From an uncultured delta proteobacterium (GTDB taxonomy: Bacteria > Myxococcota_A > Polyangia > Fen-1088), in assembly GCA_963737265.1 (NCBI GenBank), contig CAVTRY010000016.1:224001-288000 (forward strand): a stretch of DNA of 64,000 nucleotides, in the 5' to 3' direction. The notes under the pieces are model-generated. The model saw only the letters and a program-made list of their open reading frames with translations. It had not been told where the DNA came from and searched no databases. Position numbers and translations under genes: made by a program. Below are positions 29,786 through 42,557 of this stretch, in pieces; within the stretch, counting starts at the first letter, position 1, and every line of letters begins with the position of its first letter.

Positions 29786-30771
29786 CCAACGCGACCACCC
29801 CACTCGGAACCTCCCCGTCAACGGAGACGGGGGACGCTCGGACGAGCTTCGTCGCTCGCCTGCGCGATGGGGATCAGATTGCCCGCTTGGTCGTGTCGCT
29901 GGCCGCTGCGACCATCTTCCTAATCACCGCCGTCATTTTCGCCGAACTGGTCTTGCAGTCAAATCCGGCCAGGCACCAGTTCGGCTGGCGCTTCCTCATC
30001 ACCAGCACCTGGGATCCGGTCGCGGGGGACTTCGGGGCGCTGCCGTTCATCTACGGGACCATCGTGACCTCCGCGGTGGCCCTGGTCATCGCGGTTCCCC
30101 AAGGGGTGGCATCGGCCGTTTTCCTCGCCGAGCTGGCTCCGCGCCGACTTTCGGATGCGCTGACTTTCCTGATCGAGCTGCTCGCCGCGGTTCCAAGCGT
30201 CCTCTACGGACTGCTTGGGATCTTCATCGTCGTGCCGTTCCTGCAGCAACACGTGGTGCCTATCTTGAAGTCGACCCTGGGCTTTTTGCCCATCTTCTCG
30301 GGCGCCTTCTATGGCGTCAGCTACTTTTCCGCGGGCGTGGTTCTTTCGGTGATGGTCGTGCCCTTCATAGTCTCGGTTTCACGTGAAGTGCTCTTGGCGG
30401 TCCCGAGGGAGCAGCGAGAAGCGTCGCTGGCGCTCGGAGCCAGCCGCTGGCAGACCACCTGGCGAGTCGTATGGCCGAACGCCGCGCGCGGTATTCTCGG
30501 CTCGGTGTTCCTGGCGCTGGCGCGCGCCCTAGGGGAAACCATGGCGGTGACCATGGTCATCGGGAACACGCCGCGCATCTCGGCTTCGTTGCTGGCGCCG
30601 GGATACTCAATCGCCGCGGTCATCGCCAACGAGTTCACGGAAGCGACCGGCGACCTCTATCTCTCGGCGCTGATCGAGCTGGGGCTGGTTCTCTTCGCGG
30701 TGACCTTCATCATCAACGGCCTGGCCAGGATTCTGATCCTAGCGGCGTCCCGCAAATGGGTGGCGGCATGA
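29782..30771 (+). CDS. pstC: Phosphate ABC transporter permease
   Basis: WDP..GDFGALPFIYGT, LAAVPSVLYG, RALGETMAV. Confidence 0.95.
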   Translation: MTNATTPLGTSPSTETGDARTSFVARLRDGDQIARLVVSLAAATIFLITAVIFAELVLQSNPARHQFGWRFLITSTWDPVAGDFGALPFIYGTIVTSAVALVIAVPQGVASAVFLAELAPRRLSDALTFLIELLAAVPSVLYGLLGIFIVVPFLQQHVVPILKSTLGFLPIFSGAFYGVSYFSAGVVLSVMVVPFIVSVSREVLLAVPREQREASLALGASRWQTTWRVVWPNAARGILGSVFLALARALGETMAVTMVIGNTPRISASLLAPGYSIAAVIANEFTEATGDLYLSALIELGLVLFAVTFIINGLARILILAASRKWVAA

Positions 30772-31616
30772 TTTCCTTCGAGACCCGCAAAGCCGCGGCC
30801 AACGTCGCGATGGTTGTGGTGACCGGGCTTGCGGCCCTGGTGACAACGGGCACCCTGCTAGGGATTCTCGGCTACCTTGTCTGGCATGGGGCGCACAGCC
30901 TTAGCTTCACCTTCTTCACCGAGCTTCCGACTCCCGTTGGGGAAACCGGAGGTGGAATGGCGAACGCAATCGTGGGCAGCGCCAAGGTGCTAGCGCTGGC
31001 AACGCTTTTGGGGCTTCCCGTAGGGTTCCTTGGCGGCGTCTTTCTTTCCGAGTACGCCAGCGCGGGACCCGCCTTTGTTTTGCGCTACGTGACCGACCTG
31101 CTCAACGGTGTTCCCTCCATCGTGATCGGCATCGTCGCCTATGCACTCGTGGTCAGGCGTCTGGGGCACTTCTCCACCTTCGCGGGAGGCATCGCCCTTG
31201 GGGTAATGATGATTCCCATCGCGGTGAGGAGCGCCGAAGAATATCTTCACGCGGTTCCACAGATGCTTCGCGAGGGCGGGCTGGCGCTTGGAAGGCCGAA
31301 GTGGAGAGTCATCGCCACGGTGGTCATCCCCGCCGCATTCCGCGGCATCCTCTCGGGGGTCATGCTCGATTTGGCGCGAGTCGCTGGAGAAACCGCGCCG
31401 CTTTTGTTCACCGCCCTCAACAACCAATTCTGGAGCCCGGGATGGAATCAACCCACGGCCACCTTGCCAGTTATGATTTTCACCTACGCGATATCGCCCT
31501 ATCCAGATTGGCACCAACAGGCATGGGCTGCGGGCTTCGTCCTTCTGATGGTGATTCTGCTGGTCAACATCCTGGCCCGACTCACCCTCGCTCGCGGGCA
31601 CGCTGCCCATGGTTGA
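30768..31616 (+). CDS. pstA: Phosphate ABC transporter permease
   Basis: [28 protein letters not shown]. Confidence 0.95.
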   Translation: MISFETRKAAANVAMVVVTGLAALVTTGTLLGILGYLVWHGAHSLSFTFFTELPTPVGETGGGMANAIVGSAKVLALATLLGLPVGFLGGVFLSEYASAGPAFVLRYVTDLLNGVPSIVIGIVAYALVVRRLGHFSTFAGGIALGVMMIPIAVRSAEEYLHAVPQMLREGGLALGRPKWRVIATVVIPAAFRGILSGVMLDLARVAGETAPLLFTALNNQFWSPGWNQPTATLPVMIFTYAISPYPDWHQQAWAAGFVLLMVILLVNILARLTLARGHAAHG

Positions 31617-32487
31617 TGACCTTGATGAGCCGCCCTCACACGCCAACGGAGATCTCGCTGCCATGACCGATCCTCTCGCACCGCAAATCGAACCGGGCCC
31701 CGCGCCCGCCAAGGATCATTCTCGTGAAGGCTCCGATCCGGCCCGTGGTATCGTGGTTTCTTCGCTCAGTTTCTACTACGGCCAGACCCAGGCGCTCTTC
31801 GGCATCGATATCTCGTTTCCTTCGAAGAAAGTATCGGCGCTTATCGGGCCGTCGGGATGTGGCAAGTCCACGTTTCTTCGTACCCTGAATCGCATGAACG
31901 AGACGGTGAAAGGCGTGCGTTGCGAAGGTAGCGTCACGCTGGACGGGCAGGACATCTTCAAGTGCGATGTCAACAAGCTCCGTCGCCGGGTCGGAATGGT
32001 ATTCCAGCGTTCGAACCCTTTCCCGATGTCGATCTTCGCGAACGTGGCCTACGGCCTGGATGTAAACGGACTCGGCAGAGGGGCCAAGATCAAACAGGTC
32101 GTCGAAGAGAGTCTGGTCAAAGCCGCACTGTGGGACGAGGTCAAGGACAAGCTGCACACTTCGGCGTATGGCCTGTCCGGAGGTCAGCAGCAGCGCCTCT
32201 GTATCGCCCGCGCCCTTGCCGTGAAGCCCGATGTCTTGCTCATGGACGAGCCCTGTTCGGCCCTCGATCCGATCGCCACCGCCAAGATCGAGGATCTGCT
32301 CTACACTTTGCGTGGCGAGTGCACGATCATCATCGTTACCCACAATCTGCAACAGGCGGCGCGCGTCTCCGAGCACACCGCGTTCTTCCTGATGGGACGC
32401 CTGGTGGAATTCAGCCCGACGACGGAGATGTTCGAAAATCCACGCATGGAGGAAACCGAGGATTACGTGACCGGGCGATTCGGCTGA
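31609..32487 (+). CDS. pstB: Phosphate ABC transporter ATPase
   Basis: [39 protein letters not shown]. Confidence 0.95.
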   Translation: MVDDLDEPPSHANGDLAAMTDPLAPQIEPGPAPAKDHSREGSDPARGIVVSSLSFYYGQTQALFGIDISFPSKKVSALIGPSGCGKSTFLRTLNRMNETVKGVRCEGSVTLDGQDIFKCDVNKLRRRVGMVFQRSNPFPMSIFANVAYGLDVNGLGRGAKIKQVVEESLVKAALWDEVKDKLHTSAYGLSGGQQQRLCIARALAVKPDVLLMDEPCSALDPIATAKIEDLLYTLRGECTIIIVTHNLQQAARVSEHTAFFLMGRLVEFSPTTEMFENPRMEETEDYVTGRFG

Positions 32488-32516
32488 TTGGCAGCAGAGG
32501 GAAGGAAGACGAGAAT

Positions 32517-33183
32517 ATGACGATACAAATGATCCAACAACTCGATGTGCTGCGCGAGAGGCTGTTGGCCATGGCCGATTTGGTCGAGAAGGCGCTCGAA
32601 CGGCAGTGTGAAGATCCTCGCACATCGAGACGAGCTGGAGGCGCGCCGAATACTCGACTACGAGGCCGAGATCAATGCGCTCGAAATGGAAATCGATCAC
32701 TTGGCGACGCAGATGCTCGCCTTGACTCAACCGGTTGCCAAGGATCTTCGCTTCATCACCGCGGCCATCAAGATCAACAGCGACCTCGAACGCATGGGCG
32801 ACCTAGCGGTCAACATCGCGCGCAGCTCGCTGCGACTGCTCAAGAATCCCACACCGCCGGGGATGACTGAGATCCCCGAGATGGCCAAGCAGGTTCAAGA
32901 AATGGTTCGGACTGCGGTCCAAGCCATTGAGCAAGGCGACGACGAACGCGCCAGAGCCGTGTTGCGCTCCGACGATAGCGTCGACGCCCTCAAGAACCGG
33001 ATGTTCGAGCAGATGGTCCATGGCATCGAGAAAGACGCCACCGCCGCTGCGATGAACGTGGATCTGATCTTCATCGCGCATAGCCTCGAACGAATTGCCG
33101 ATCATGCGACCAACATCGCGGAAGACGTGCTTTTCTTCGTGAAGGGCCTGGATGTTCGCCATCGCACCGGCCTCGTCTCCTGA
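32517..33183 (+). CDS. phoU: Phosphate signalling protein PhoU (frameshift near 32601)
   Basis: QPVAKDLR, DLERMGDLA, LERIADHATNIAE; the N-terminus (LRERLLAMADLVE) lies in another frame. Confidence 0.85.
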
Positions 33184-33213
33184 GCACTTGATGCGCCGAG
33201 CCGCAGGTCGACA

Positions 33214-33253
33214 TTGACAGGCGTGTCCACGGTGATTATCGTTCTCTTACGAT
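33214..33253 (+). promoter_or_regulatory. Sigma70 promoter with an ArsR operator-like palindrome
   Basis: TTGACA-N17-TATCGT; inverted repeat ATCGT-N6-ACGAT overlapping the -10 and the start codon. Confidence 0.65.
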
Positions 33254-33599
33254 GAAGACATCCAGGAAGACGTCCGAGGCATGTTGCCCGCCCGCGGACG
33301 AAGCGGCGGACATGCGGCCCGTCCAGGGTGACGAGGCGGACAAGGAGATGGCGCTTCTGGCGAAGGCCGTCGGACACCCGGCGCGGGTGAAGATCCTCCG
33401 TCTCTTGGTGCGGGAAAGCAACCGCTTCTGCGGCGATATCGTCGACGAGCTGCCGCTGGCCCAATCCACCGTGTCCCAGCATTTGAAGGTGCTCAAGGAG
33501 GCCGGACTGATTCGAGGAGAGGTTGAGGGCCCGCGCGGACACTACTGTGTTGAGTCTCGAACACTAAGACGCCTCAAGGCCCTCGTGGGAGGACTTTGA
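33252..33599 (+). CDS. arsR: ArsR/SmtB family repressor
   Basis: N-terminal [34 protein letters not shown]. Confidence 0.9.
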   Translation: MKTSRKTSEACCPPADEAADMRPVQGDEADKEMALLAKAVGHPARVKILRLLVRESNRFCGDIVDELPLAQSTVSQHLKVLKEAGLIRGEVEGPRGHYCVESRTLRRLKALVGGL

Positions 33600-33642
33600 T
33601 GTCGTTTCGCTCACGCTGCATATCGTTTTTGACCGATAGGAG

Positions 33643-34108
33643 ATGGCTATGACTGACACCATCAAGGTCTTGTTCATTTGTGTCCACAATGCGGCGCGCA
33701 GCCGTATGGCGGAAGCGCTGCTGCGAAACCTGGGAGGTCCTCGGTTCGAGGTCACAAGCGCCGGCTACGAGCCCCGCGAGGTCAACCCTATCGTCGTCGA
33801 GGCCCTGCAGGCCGTCGGGCTTTCCGTCGCTCACCCTGGACCACAACCTACGGTCTTCGACTGGTTCAAGACGGGCAAGATCTTTCACTACGTCATCACG
33901 GTTTGTGACGAAGAGCACGACACAATGTGTCCGATCTTCGCGGGAGTCACGCAGCGGCTCTCGTGGAGCTTTCCAGATCCCAGCACGTTCACGGGCAGCC
34001 ATCCCGAACGACTCGCGCGCGTGGTCGAAGTTCGGGATGCCATTCGAAAAGAGCATCGAGGCATGGCTAGGAACTCTCGACATCACCCCGAGTCCAATCC
34101 CCCAATAG
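33643..34108 (+). CDS. arsC: Arsenate reductase, LMW-PTP fold (frameshift in an A-run near 34047)
   Basis: [29 protein letters not shown]; the C-terminal SIEAWL lies in another frame. Confidence 0.85.
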
Positions 34109-34131
34109 GGGCAGGTAGGCAGGCCATTGAC

Positions 34132-35253
34132 ATGCAGACTTCCAAGACCAGTGTCGCCGGCAAGCTCTCCTTCCTCGACCGATATCTGACTCTTTGGATC
34201 TTCCTCGCCATGGGGCTCGGGATTTCACTGGGGTTCATGGCACCAGGGTTTACGACTGCTCTCAACCGCATGAGCGTCGGCACCACATCGATCCCGATTG
34301 CCTTCGGCCTTATCCTCATGATGTTTCCGCCGCTCGCAAAGGTGCGCTACGAAGAGATCGGCAAGGTCTTCCGCAACAAGCGCGTGCTTCTTCTGTCCCT
34401 TGTGCAAAACTGGATCATCGGCCCGATCTTGATGTTCGGGCTCGCGGTCATCTTTCTGCACGACAAACCCGAGTACATGCTCGGGCTCATTCTCATCGGC
34501 CTCGCACGTTGCATCGCCATGGTGATCGTGTGGAACGACCTCGCAAAGGGCGACACCGAATACTGCGCGGGCTTGGTCGCGCTCAACTCGGTTTTCCAGG
34601 TGCTGTTCTTTTCGGTCTACGCATATTTTTTCGCCACACTCCTGCCGCGATGGCTGGGAATTCAGAGCGCCGTGGTCAACATCACCATCGGTGAGATCGC
34701 GAAGAGCGTCGCTATCTACCTGGGCGTGCCGTTTGCCGCCGGCTTCTTCACACGTCGGGTGCTTGTGAGGGCGAAAGGGCGGGACTGGTACGAGAATAAC
34801 TTCGTACCGCGCATCGGGCCGATCACGCTGGTGTCGCTGCTCTTCACCATCATCGTGATGTTTTCCCTCAAGGGCGAGACCATCGTGCAACTCCCGCTCG
34901 ATGTCCTCCGCATCGCGGTTCCGCTCCTCATCTACTTCGTGCTGATGTTCGCGGTGTCGTTCTTCATGAGCAAGCGGGTGGGCGCGAACTACAAGCAGTC
35001 CGCCACGCTCTCCTTCACGGCGGCGTCCAACAACTTCGAGCTGGCCATCGCGGTCGCCATCGCCAGCTTCGGCATTCACAGCGGGGCAGCCTTTGCCGCC
35101 GTCATCGGCCCATTGGTCGAGGTTCCCGCACTCATCGGACTCGTAAACGTCGCCCTCTGGGCGCAGAAACGCTACTTCCCGAACACGCCGCTTGAGGTCG
35201 CGCCGCCCGCGTGCGCTACCGAAGGAGCCTCAATCTCTCCATCGAAAGCCTGA
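34132..35253 (+). CDS. acr3: Arsenite efflux pump ACR3
   Basis: [38 protein letters not shown]. Confidence 0.95.
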   Translation: MQTSKTSVAGKLSFLDRYLTLWIFLAMGLGISLGFMAPGFTTALNRMSVGTTSIPIAFGLILMMFPPLAKVRYEEIGKVFRNKRVLLLSLVQNWIIGPILMFGLAVIFLHDKPEYMLGLILIGLARCIAMVIVWNDLAKGDTEYCAGLVALNSVFQVLFFSVYAYFFATLLPRWLGIQSAVVNITIGEIAKSVAIYLGVPFAAGFFTRRVLVRAKGRDWYENNFVPRIGPITLVSLLFTIIVMFSLKGETIVQLPLDVLRIAVPLLIYFVLMFAVSFFMSKRVGANYKQSATLSFTAASNNFELAIAVAIASFGIHSGAAFAAVIGPLVEVPALIGLVNVALWAQKRYFPNTPLEVAPPACATEGASISPSKA

Positions 35254-35335
35254 ATCCATGCACCGTGGTCAGTGCTCGCGCGACAAAAAGCCGCACGCCC
35301 TCGTCGAAGCCACGCGTCTTCTCAGCGCTGACTTG

Positions 35336-35749
35336 GCGTCCTCGGCGGTCGACAAGCCTAGGCGATTGCCTGGCCCACCAAATCCGGCACTGGCACTTCG
35401 TCGCCGGCGGCATTCTTGTAGGTCGGCGGCCTACGCGGCTCGCCTCGCTTGGGCAGAGGCATGGCATCGATGGCGCTGCCGTCCTCGATGATCCTGCCGG
35501 CGTGGGCCGCGCGTTCGGCCAGCACCCGTCGCAGGGCGAGAAAATCGTTTTGCAGCAGCGGACGCGCCATGGCCTCGAGCGTTCCGCGCGTGAGATCGGC
35601 CTGGGCGAAGACGGCATTCTTCTGCTGAAAACCCAGGGCAGAGGCGCGCATGGGACCATCGTAGGCGCCGGCCTTCGCGATGTGGCGCCCGTGGATCTAC
35701 TGCGGTCGCGACCTCATGGCGAGATTTGTCTGGACCGCGGAGCACAAAG
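35336..35749 (-). pseudogene. Decayed duplicate of the L,D-transpeptidase 5' region and upstream sequence
   Basis: Matches 20044-20396 joined to 21195-21271; small internal deletion, ~0.8-kb deletion, start codon GTG mutated. Confidence 0.9.
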
Positions 35750-35768
35750 ACGTAATACGATTGTCCCC

Positions 35769-36308
35769 ATGAAACGCGTCTTTCTCCTGTCGGCATTTCT
35801 CGTCGGTACCATCGCAACAATGTCCGGAACGGCTCGGGCGACCGAAGTGGGAACTTCACGCATGTTTGGCCTCGGCGTTCAACTTTTCGAACCCACGGCG
35901 ATCGTCGGCAAGCTCTTCCTCGACCGGAACGACGCGCTCGACTTCGGCATTGGCGTCTACGGCTGGGGCTACGGAACCTGCTACGACAGCAACGGGAGCT
36001 ACTACTGCAACGGCAATCCAGGACACAACGTAAGCCTTCACTTCGACTATCTCTACGAGGAGCCCATCGTAAATTCCACGGTCAGGCTCGATTGGCACGC
36101 GGGCGCTGGCGGGCGCCTGATTTTCGGGGACTACGACAACTACAATCACCACGTAGCCCTGCTGGCCCGCGTGCCGCTCGGGCTGGACTTGACCTTTCGT
36201 CGTCCCCAATGGCTGGAGGTCTACCTCGAAGTCGCGCCGGCTCTCGTGATCGTGCCGCCGCTTTACTTCGACATCGACGTCGGGCTGGGCGTCCGAGCCT
36301 ATTTTTAG
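35769..36308 (+). CDS. Small outer-membrane beta-barrel protein
   Basis: Signal peptide, amphipathic strands, C-terminal GVRAYF. Confidence 0.75.
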   Translation: MKRVFLLSAFLVGTIATMSGTARATEVGTSRMFGLGVQLFEPTAIVGKLFLDRNDALDFGIGVYGWGYGTCYDSNGSYYCNGNPGHNVSLHFDYLYEEPIVNSTVRLDWHAGAGGRLIFGDYDNYNHHVALLARVPLGLDLTFRRPQWLEVYLEVAPALVIVPPLYFDIDVGLGVRAYF

Positions 36309-36310
36309 AG

Positions 36311-36568
36311 CTATTTCGTGTCCGACGGTGGGGTCTCGTAAAGCGAGTCACTCACGATGATCGATCCAGAAGCGGGGTTCCGTGTCTCGCTGGAGACGAA
36401 GTCAGACTCCTGCTCGACGACGTAGCCCGACTCTCCGCCGGGATCGGTCGCGTTCGGAATCTCGGACGCCACCGCGCCCGACGCCACCGGCTCCGCGAGC
36501 ATCGGCACGCCAGACGCGCGGGCCTTCCATCGTGCGATAGCGAGCTCGAAATCAGCGTAGGAAATCAT
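36311..36568 (-). CDS. Small hypothetical protein
   Basis: MISYADFELAIARWKAR followed by an acidic disordered tail. Confidence 0.5.
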   Translation of the reverse strand: MISYADFELAIARWKARASGVPMLAEPVASGAVASEIPNATDPGGESGYVVEQESDFVSSETRNPASGSIIVSDSLYETPPSDTK

Positions 36569-36643
36569 CGACTGTAGCGTACCGGGTTCTCCGTCACGCC
36601 GCAATCGCTTCCGCAACGTCTGATTTCGCAGCTTCGCCTCAAG

Positions 36644-36834
36644 ACGTGTCCGCGAAGTAAATTCGCGGACTTCACCCCTCAAGACGTGTCCATAAATGGA
36701 CCCGTCTTGAAGATTTTTGAAGGGAGGGCCGCTGCCCTCCCCTCGTCCGCGAAGTAAATTCGCGGACTTCACCCCACCTGCGGTCGAGCCCTTGGCTCGG
36801 CTGCTGAAGAACTGTCCAATTTTTGGACAGTTCT

Positions 36835-36837
<3 letters not shown>
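36644..36837 (-). mobile_element. Dispersed hairpin mini-element, copy B (long form plus an internally deleted tandem mini-copy)
   Basis: Begins at the ettA stop codon; both units end ACACGT next to CTTGAG. Confidence 0.85.
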
Positions 36838-38511
<1,674 letters not shown>

Positions 38512-38616
38512 GGGCCGCGCAGTTTACCCGATGATCTTCCTTCGTCACGTCCTGTGAAACGGTTGGCGCGCAAATCGACCCCAGTCGGCGCTTGACGGCG
38601 ACCTGCGCGTGCTATT

Positions 38617-39543
38617 TTGCGTGCCTTGGACAAGCCGGTCGTCATCGTCAATCCGCGCTCGGGCGGCGGGCTCAGCGAAAAACGCTGGGCCAGCGTGATT
38701 GGTCCGCTCAGCGATGGGCTGGGCGCCTTCGACACGCGCTTCACCGAATCCCAAGGTCACGCGCGCACGATTGCGCACGAGGAGGCCAAGGCCGGACGCA
38801 AGCTGGTAGTGGCCCTGGGCGGCGATGGCACGATTTCCGAAGTGGCCGATGGCCTGGTGGCCGCGGGCGGCGACGCCGAAATGGGCATCATCCCGCGCGG
38901 CACGGGTGGCGATTTTCGCCGTACCCTGGGCATAGAGAACCATCTCTTCGCCGCGGCCGAGCATGTGCGCAAGAGCCGCGCGCGCAAGATAGACGTGGGT
39001 CGGATTTCGTTCGTCACCCACGACGGTGCGGATGCCAGTCGCTGCTTCGTCAACATCGCGTCCTTCGGCTTCTCCAGCGTGGTCGCCCAGCGCGCCAACA
39101 GCGGGTCGAAGCGCCTCGGCGGCCGGATTTCGTTCTTTTCCGCGGTGGTCTGCTCGCTTGCGACCTACGACAACGCCGAGGTCATGGTCTCGGTCGACAA
39201 TGGAGAGGCGCGGCGCATGACTTTGTTGCTTGCGGCCGTGGGCAACGGCCGATTCTTCGGCGGCGGCATGAAAGTGTGCCCCGAGGCCATCCTGGACGAC
39301 GGCCAATTCGATCTGGTGACGGTGGGCGACCTTGGCCGGCTGGAGCTGCTGGCCAAGATCCACCGCATCTATTCCGGCAACCACCTTTCTATGAAGGAAG
39401 TGCAATCCGCGCGCTGCCGCCGTCTGAGCGCAAGTCCGGCCGACCCAGCCAAAGAGATCCTCTTGGATATCGACGGCGAAACCCCGGGACGGCTGCCCGC
39501 CAGGGTGGAAATTCTCGAAGGAGCATTGCGCCTCCGAGGTTAG
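38617..39543 (+). CDS. Diacylglycerol kinase family lipid kinase (YegS/BmrU-like)
   Basis: VNPRSG, GGDGT, PRGTGGDF, GNGRFFGGG, IDGE. Confidence 0.9.
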   Translation: MRALDKPVVIVNPRSGGGLSEKRWASVIGPLSDGLGAFDTRFTESQGHARTIAHEEAKAGRKLVVALGGDGTISEVADGLVAAGGDAEMGIIPRGTGGDFRRTLGIENHLFAAAEHVRKSRARKIDVGRISFVTHDGADASRCFVNIASFGFSSVVAQRANSGSKRLGGRISFFSAVVCSLATYDNAEVMVSVDNGEARRMTLLLAAVGNGRFFGGGMKVCPEAILDDGQFDLVTVGDLGRLELLAKIHRIYSGNHLSMKEVQSARCRRLSASPADPAKEILLDIDGETPGRLPARVEILEGALRLRG

Positions 39544-39625
39544 ACGCGCTGCGATCATCCCGAGATCGCGCGCAGGCCCTTGAAGGTCACGCAAGCTTGA
39601 TGCTACGGTGGCCCCGCCCCGCTTA

Positions 39626-40129
39626 ATGCAAATCCACCTGGCGAAGTCCGACATCACCGAGATGGCAGTCGATGCCATCGTAAGCCCCGCAAATTCGCTG
39701 GGCATCATGGGCGGAGGTGTAGCCGCGGCGCTGTCCCGCAAGGGTGGACCCCTGATTCAGCGCGAGGCGATGACGCTGGCGCCGATTGCCGTGGGAGCCG
39801 CCGTGGTCACCAACGCCGGCCGCCTCCGGGCGAAGAACATCATTCACGCCCCGACCATGGAAGAACCGGGCCTCAAGGTCTCGGTTGAAAGCGTCCGCCG
39901 TGCCACGCGCGCGGCGCTCCTCGCCGCGAGCCAGCGCGCCTTTCCAGTTATCGCCATCCCGGGCCTAGGTACGGGTCTTGGCGGCGCCAATCCGGCCGAT
40001 GCCGCGCGCGCCATGGTCAACGAGCTACGCTCGCACAAGCAGCCCAACCCCGCCACGGTGTGGCTGGTGGATCTCAACGACGAAGTCCTCGCCAATCTGG
40101 AAGAGGCGCTGCGGACGACGACGCCCTGA
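39626..40129 (+). CDS. Macro domain protein
   Basis: DIT...DAIV.PAN, GGGVAAA, IIHAPTM, PGLGTG. Confidence 0.9.
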   Translation: MQIHLAKSDITEMAVDAIVSPANSLGIMGGGVAAALSRKGGPLIQREAMTLAPIAVGAAVVTNAGRLRAKNIIHAPTMEEPGLKVSVESVRRATRAALLAASQRAFPVIAIPGLGTGLGGANPADAARAMVNELRSHKQPNPATVWLVDLNDEVLANLEEALRTTTP

Positions 40130-40169
40130 TTTCGATTTCGACAGAGAATCAACCCCGAAGGAGGTTTGC

Positions 40170-40991
40170 GTGAAGATCCTTGTACCCGTGAAGCGAGTTC
40201 CCAACCCCGAGCTGAAGCTCAAGATCGCCGGTGGCGCGGTCGATTTGGCCGGCACCACTTGGCAAGTCAACCCGTTCGACGAATACGCGGTCGAGACCGC
40301 GCTGCGCTTGACGGAGAAGAGCAAGGGCGGCGAGCGCTCGGGCGAAGTGGTGGTGGTGAGCATCGGCCCCAAGGAAACAACCACCCAACTTCGACAACTG
40401 CTGGCCATGGGCGCGGATCGCGGCATTCTCGTCGCCGGCGACGACGGCGCGCTGGATGCGGATCTGGTGGCGCGGACGCTGAAGGCCGTGGTTGAAACGG
40501 AAAAACCGGACCTCGTGGTCATGGGCAAGCAGGCCGTCGACGGCGACGACAATCAAGTCGGACAGCTTCTGGCCGGCTATCTCGGTTGGCCCCAGGCTAC
40601 CTTCCTTTCGACGCTCACCCTGGCCGCCGACGGCAAGTCCGCCACCGTCCTGCGCGAAGTGGACACCGGCGTGGAAGAGCGGCGGGTTCGCCTGCCGGCC
40701 ATCGCCACCGTCGACCTGCGCATCATCGCCAAGAAGGCCGTGCGCAACGAGGCCCTGTCGGGTCCAGAAGCCGAATGGGAAGACACGCAGCGCCTGGCCT
40801 CGCTAAAGGGCATCATGGCGGCAAAGAAGAAGGAGCTGAAAGAGATCGCCGCCGAATCGCTCGGCGGCGGCGGCGGCATCCTGGTCAAGACCCTGCGCCA
40901 CGAAAATCCACCGTCGCGCAAGGCCGGCGTAAAGGTGGCCTCGGTTGAAGAGTTGGTTTCCAAGCTGCACACGGAAGCAAAGGTGATTTGA
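40170..40991 (+). CDS. etfB: Electron transfer flavoprotein beta subunit
   Basis: [32 protein letters not shown]. Confidence 0.95.
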   Translation: MKILVPVKRVPNPELKLKIAGGAVDLAGTTWQVNPFDEYAVETALRLTEKSKGGERSGEVVVVSIGPKETTTQLRQLLAMGADRGILVAGDDGALDADLVARTLKAVVETEKPDLVVMGKQAVDGDDNQVGQLLAGYLGWPQATFLSTLTLAADGKSATVLREVDTGVEERRVRLPAIATVDLRIIAKKAVRNEALSGPEAEWEDTQRLASLKGIMAAKKKELKEIAAESLGGGGGILVKTLRHENPPSRKAGVKVASVEELVSKLHTEAKVI

Positions 40992-41956
40992 TGTCCGCGA
41001 CTGTCGTTTTTCTCGAAACCTCTTCCACCAACCTGCGTTCGGCGTCGCTGCCCGCGCTGACCGCGGCGCGCGCCCTGGCCAAGCACCACGGCGGCCCAGT
41101 CGTCGGTGTCGTCATCGGCGCTGGCGTCGGCGCCGCGGCTGTCGACGCCGCCCGCTACGTCGACAAGGTGCTGTGCTTCGACAACCCGGCGCTGGCCGCC
41201 GCCCTGGCCGAAACCTGGGCGCCCCTGCTCGCGGGCGCGGTCAAGGGCTCCGGTGCCACCGCGCTCGTCGCCTCGGCGACCTCCACCGGCAAGGACATTC
41301 TGCCCCGCGCCGCCGCCCTACTTGGCGCAGGCATGGCAAGCGACGTGGTGGCGGTACTCGGCGCCAAGTCGTTCCGCCGGCCGACCTATGCCGGCAACGC
41401 GCAGACCGAGGTCGAAGTCACGACGGCCACGGTGGTCTGCACCGCACGCCAGACCGAATTCGCTCCCGCGGCGCCTGCCGCCAGCCCCGGCACGGTCGAA
41501 AGCAAAGATCCCGGCGCCATCGACGCCCTAGGTTCCGAATTCGTGGCCCTGCACGCCACCACCAGCGCACGCCCGGATCTCGCCGAGGCCAAGGTGGTCG
41601 TGTCCGGCGGTCGCGGCATGAAAGAGGCGGCGAACTTCAAGGTGCTGGAAGAGCTGACCGATGCTCTCGGTGGTGCGCTCGGCGCCAGCCGTGCCGCCTG
41701 TGACGCCGGCATGGTGCCCAACGACCTGCAAGTCGGACAGACCGGCAAGGTGGTAGCGCCCGAGCTCTACTTCGCCGTCGCCCTTTCCGGCGCCATCCAG
41801 CACTTGGCCGGCATGAAAAGCTCCAAGGTCATCGTGGCCATCAACAAGGATCCCGAAGCGCCCATCTTCCAGGTCGCCGACTACGGCCTGGTTGCCACCT
41901 GGGAATCGACGCTGCCCCAGCTCATCGCCGAGATCAAGAAGGTGAAGGCGGCGTAA
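40991..41956 (+). CDS. etfA: Electron transfer flavoprotein alpha subunit
   Basis: [35 protein letters not shown]. Confidence 0.95.
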   Translation: MSATVVFLETSSTNLRSASLPALTAARALAKHHGGPVVGVVIGAGVGAAAVDAARYVDKVLCFDNPALAAALAETWAPLLAGAVKGSGATALVASATSTGKDILPRAAALLGAGMASDVVAVLGAKSFRRPTYAGNAQTEVEVTTATVVCTARQTEFAPAAPAASPGTVESKDPGAIDALGSEFVALHATTSARPDLAEAKVVVSGGRGMKEAANFKVLEELTDALGGALGASRAACDAGMVPNDLQVGQTGKVVAPELYFAVALSGAIQHLAGMKSSKVIVAINKDPEAPIFQVADYGLVATWESTLPQLIAEIKKVKAA

Positions 41957-41963
41957 CAACGGC

Positions 41964-42070
41964 GGACGACACATTCATGGAAGCGGGACGGACAGCTGCT
42001 TCATCCAGGCGAGGTTCGGGCACGCGAGCCTGGGGACGACGAGCATCTACACTTTTGTGTCGATCAAGAG
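41964..42070 (+). pseudogene. Tyrosine recombinase C-terminal (box II) remnant
   Basis: Frameshifted MEAG/TD.CFIQARFGHASLGTTSIYTFVS resembles L.EAGTD...IQ..LGH.S..TT.IYTHVS. Confidence 0.55.
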
Positions 42071-42132
42071 CGGGTTGGATGCGGGGAGGTGCAGGAGGTA
42101 TATTGGACAGCGGAATCATTCGAGGGATCGTC

Positions 42133-42342
42133 ATGGCCGAACCAGCCCATCAGCGTCAGCAGCTCTTCGAGAAGATTGCTCGCCTATCTCCTGACCGTGT
42201 GGCGGAGGTCGAGGACTTTGTGGATTTCCTCGCCCCGCGGACTACCGATCGCGAGCTCGCCCATGCATCCGTGGCGGCTTCCGTGCCGGCCTTTGCGAAA
42301 GTCTGGGACAATCCCGAGGATGACGTCTACGACCAGCCGTAG
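42133..42342 (+). CDS. Probable antitoxin (DUF2281-like)
   Basis: KIARLSPDRVAEVEDFVDFL...AFAKVWDNPEDDVYD; directly upstream of a PemK/MazF gene. Confidence 0.75.
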   Translation: MAEPAHQRQQLFEKIARLSPDRVAEVEDFVDFLAPRTTDRELAHASVAASVPAFAKVWDNPEDDVYDQP

Positions 42343-42351
42343 CGGTCCAGC

Positions 42352-42557
42352 ATGCCCTACCACTTCGGCGACGTCATCTTTGTCCCGTTTCCATTCACCG
42401 ACCAATCGACTACGAAAAGGCGTCCGGCGGTTGTCGTCAGCTCGGATGCCTATCACCGCGACCGGCCGGACATCATCCTGATGGCCGTCACCAGTCAAAT
42501 GCGCCCCGCGCCCACGCCGGCTTGCTCAAGCCTTCGGTCATCAAGCCCTTACTCACA
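42352..42557 (+). pseudogene. PemK/MazF toxin, internally deleted and truncated by the repeat array
   Basis: GDVIFVPFPFTD...KRRPAVVVS; resumes as AGLLKPSVIKPLLT in another frame and is then cut by the array. Confidence 0.8.

Larger units (their letters stand above)
21272..35335. mobile_element. Phosphate-scavenging/arsenic genomic island
   Basis: Bracketed by a direct duplicate of the L,D-transpeptidase 5' region; contains an IS91-family fragment. Confidence 0.6.

Noticed and set aside
33643-35253. ArsC-Acr3 fusion protein (536 aa)
   Set aside because: The ArsC C-terminal helix lies in another frame after an A-run; a single extra base explains the read-through, probably a sequencing indel
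35211-35768. Long N-terminal extension of the beta-barrel ORF
   Set aside because: It is the antisense of the duplicated transpeptidase fragment; the signal peptide starts at 35769
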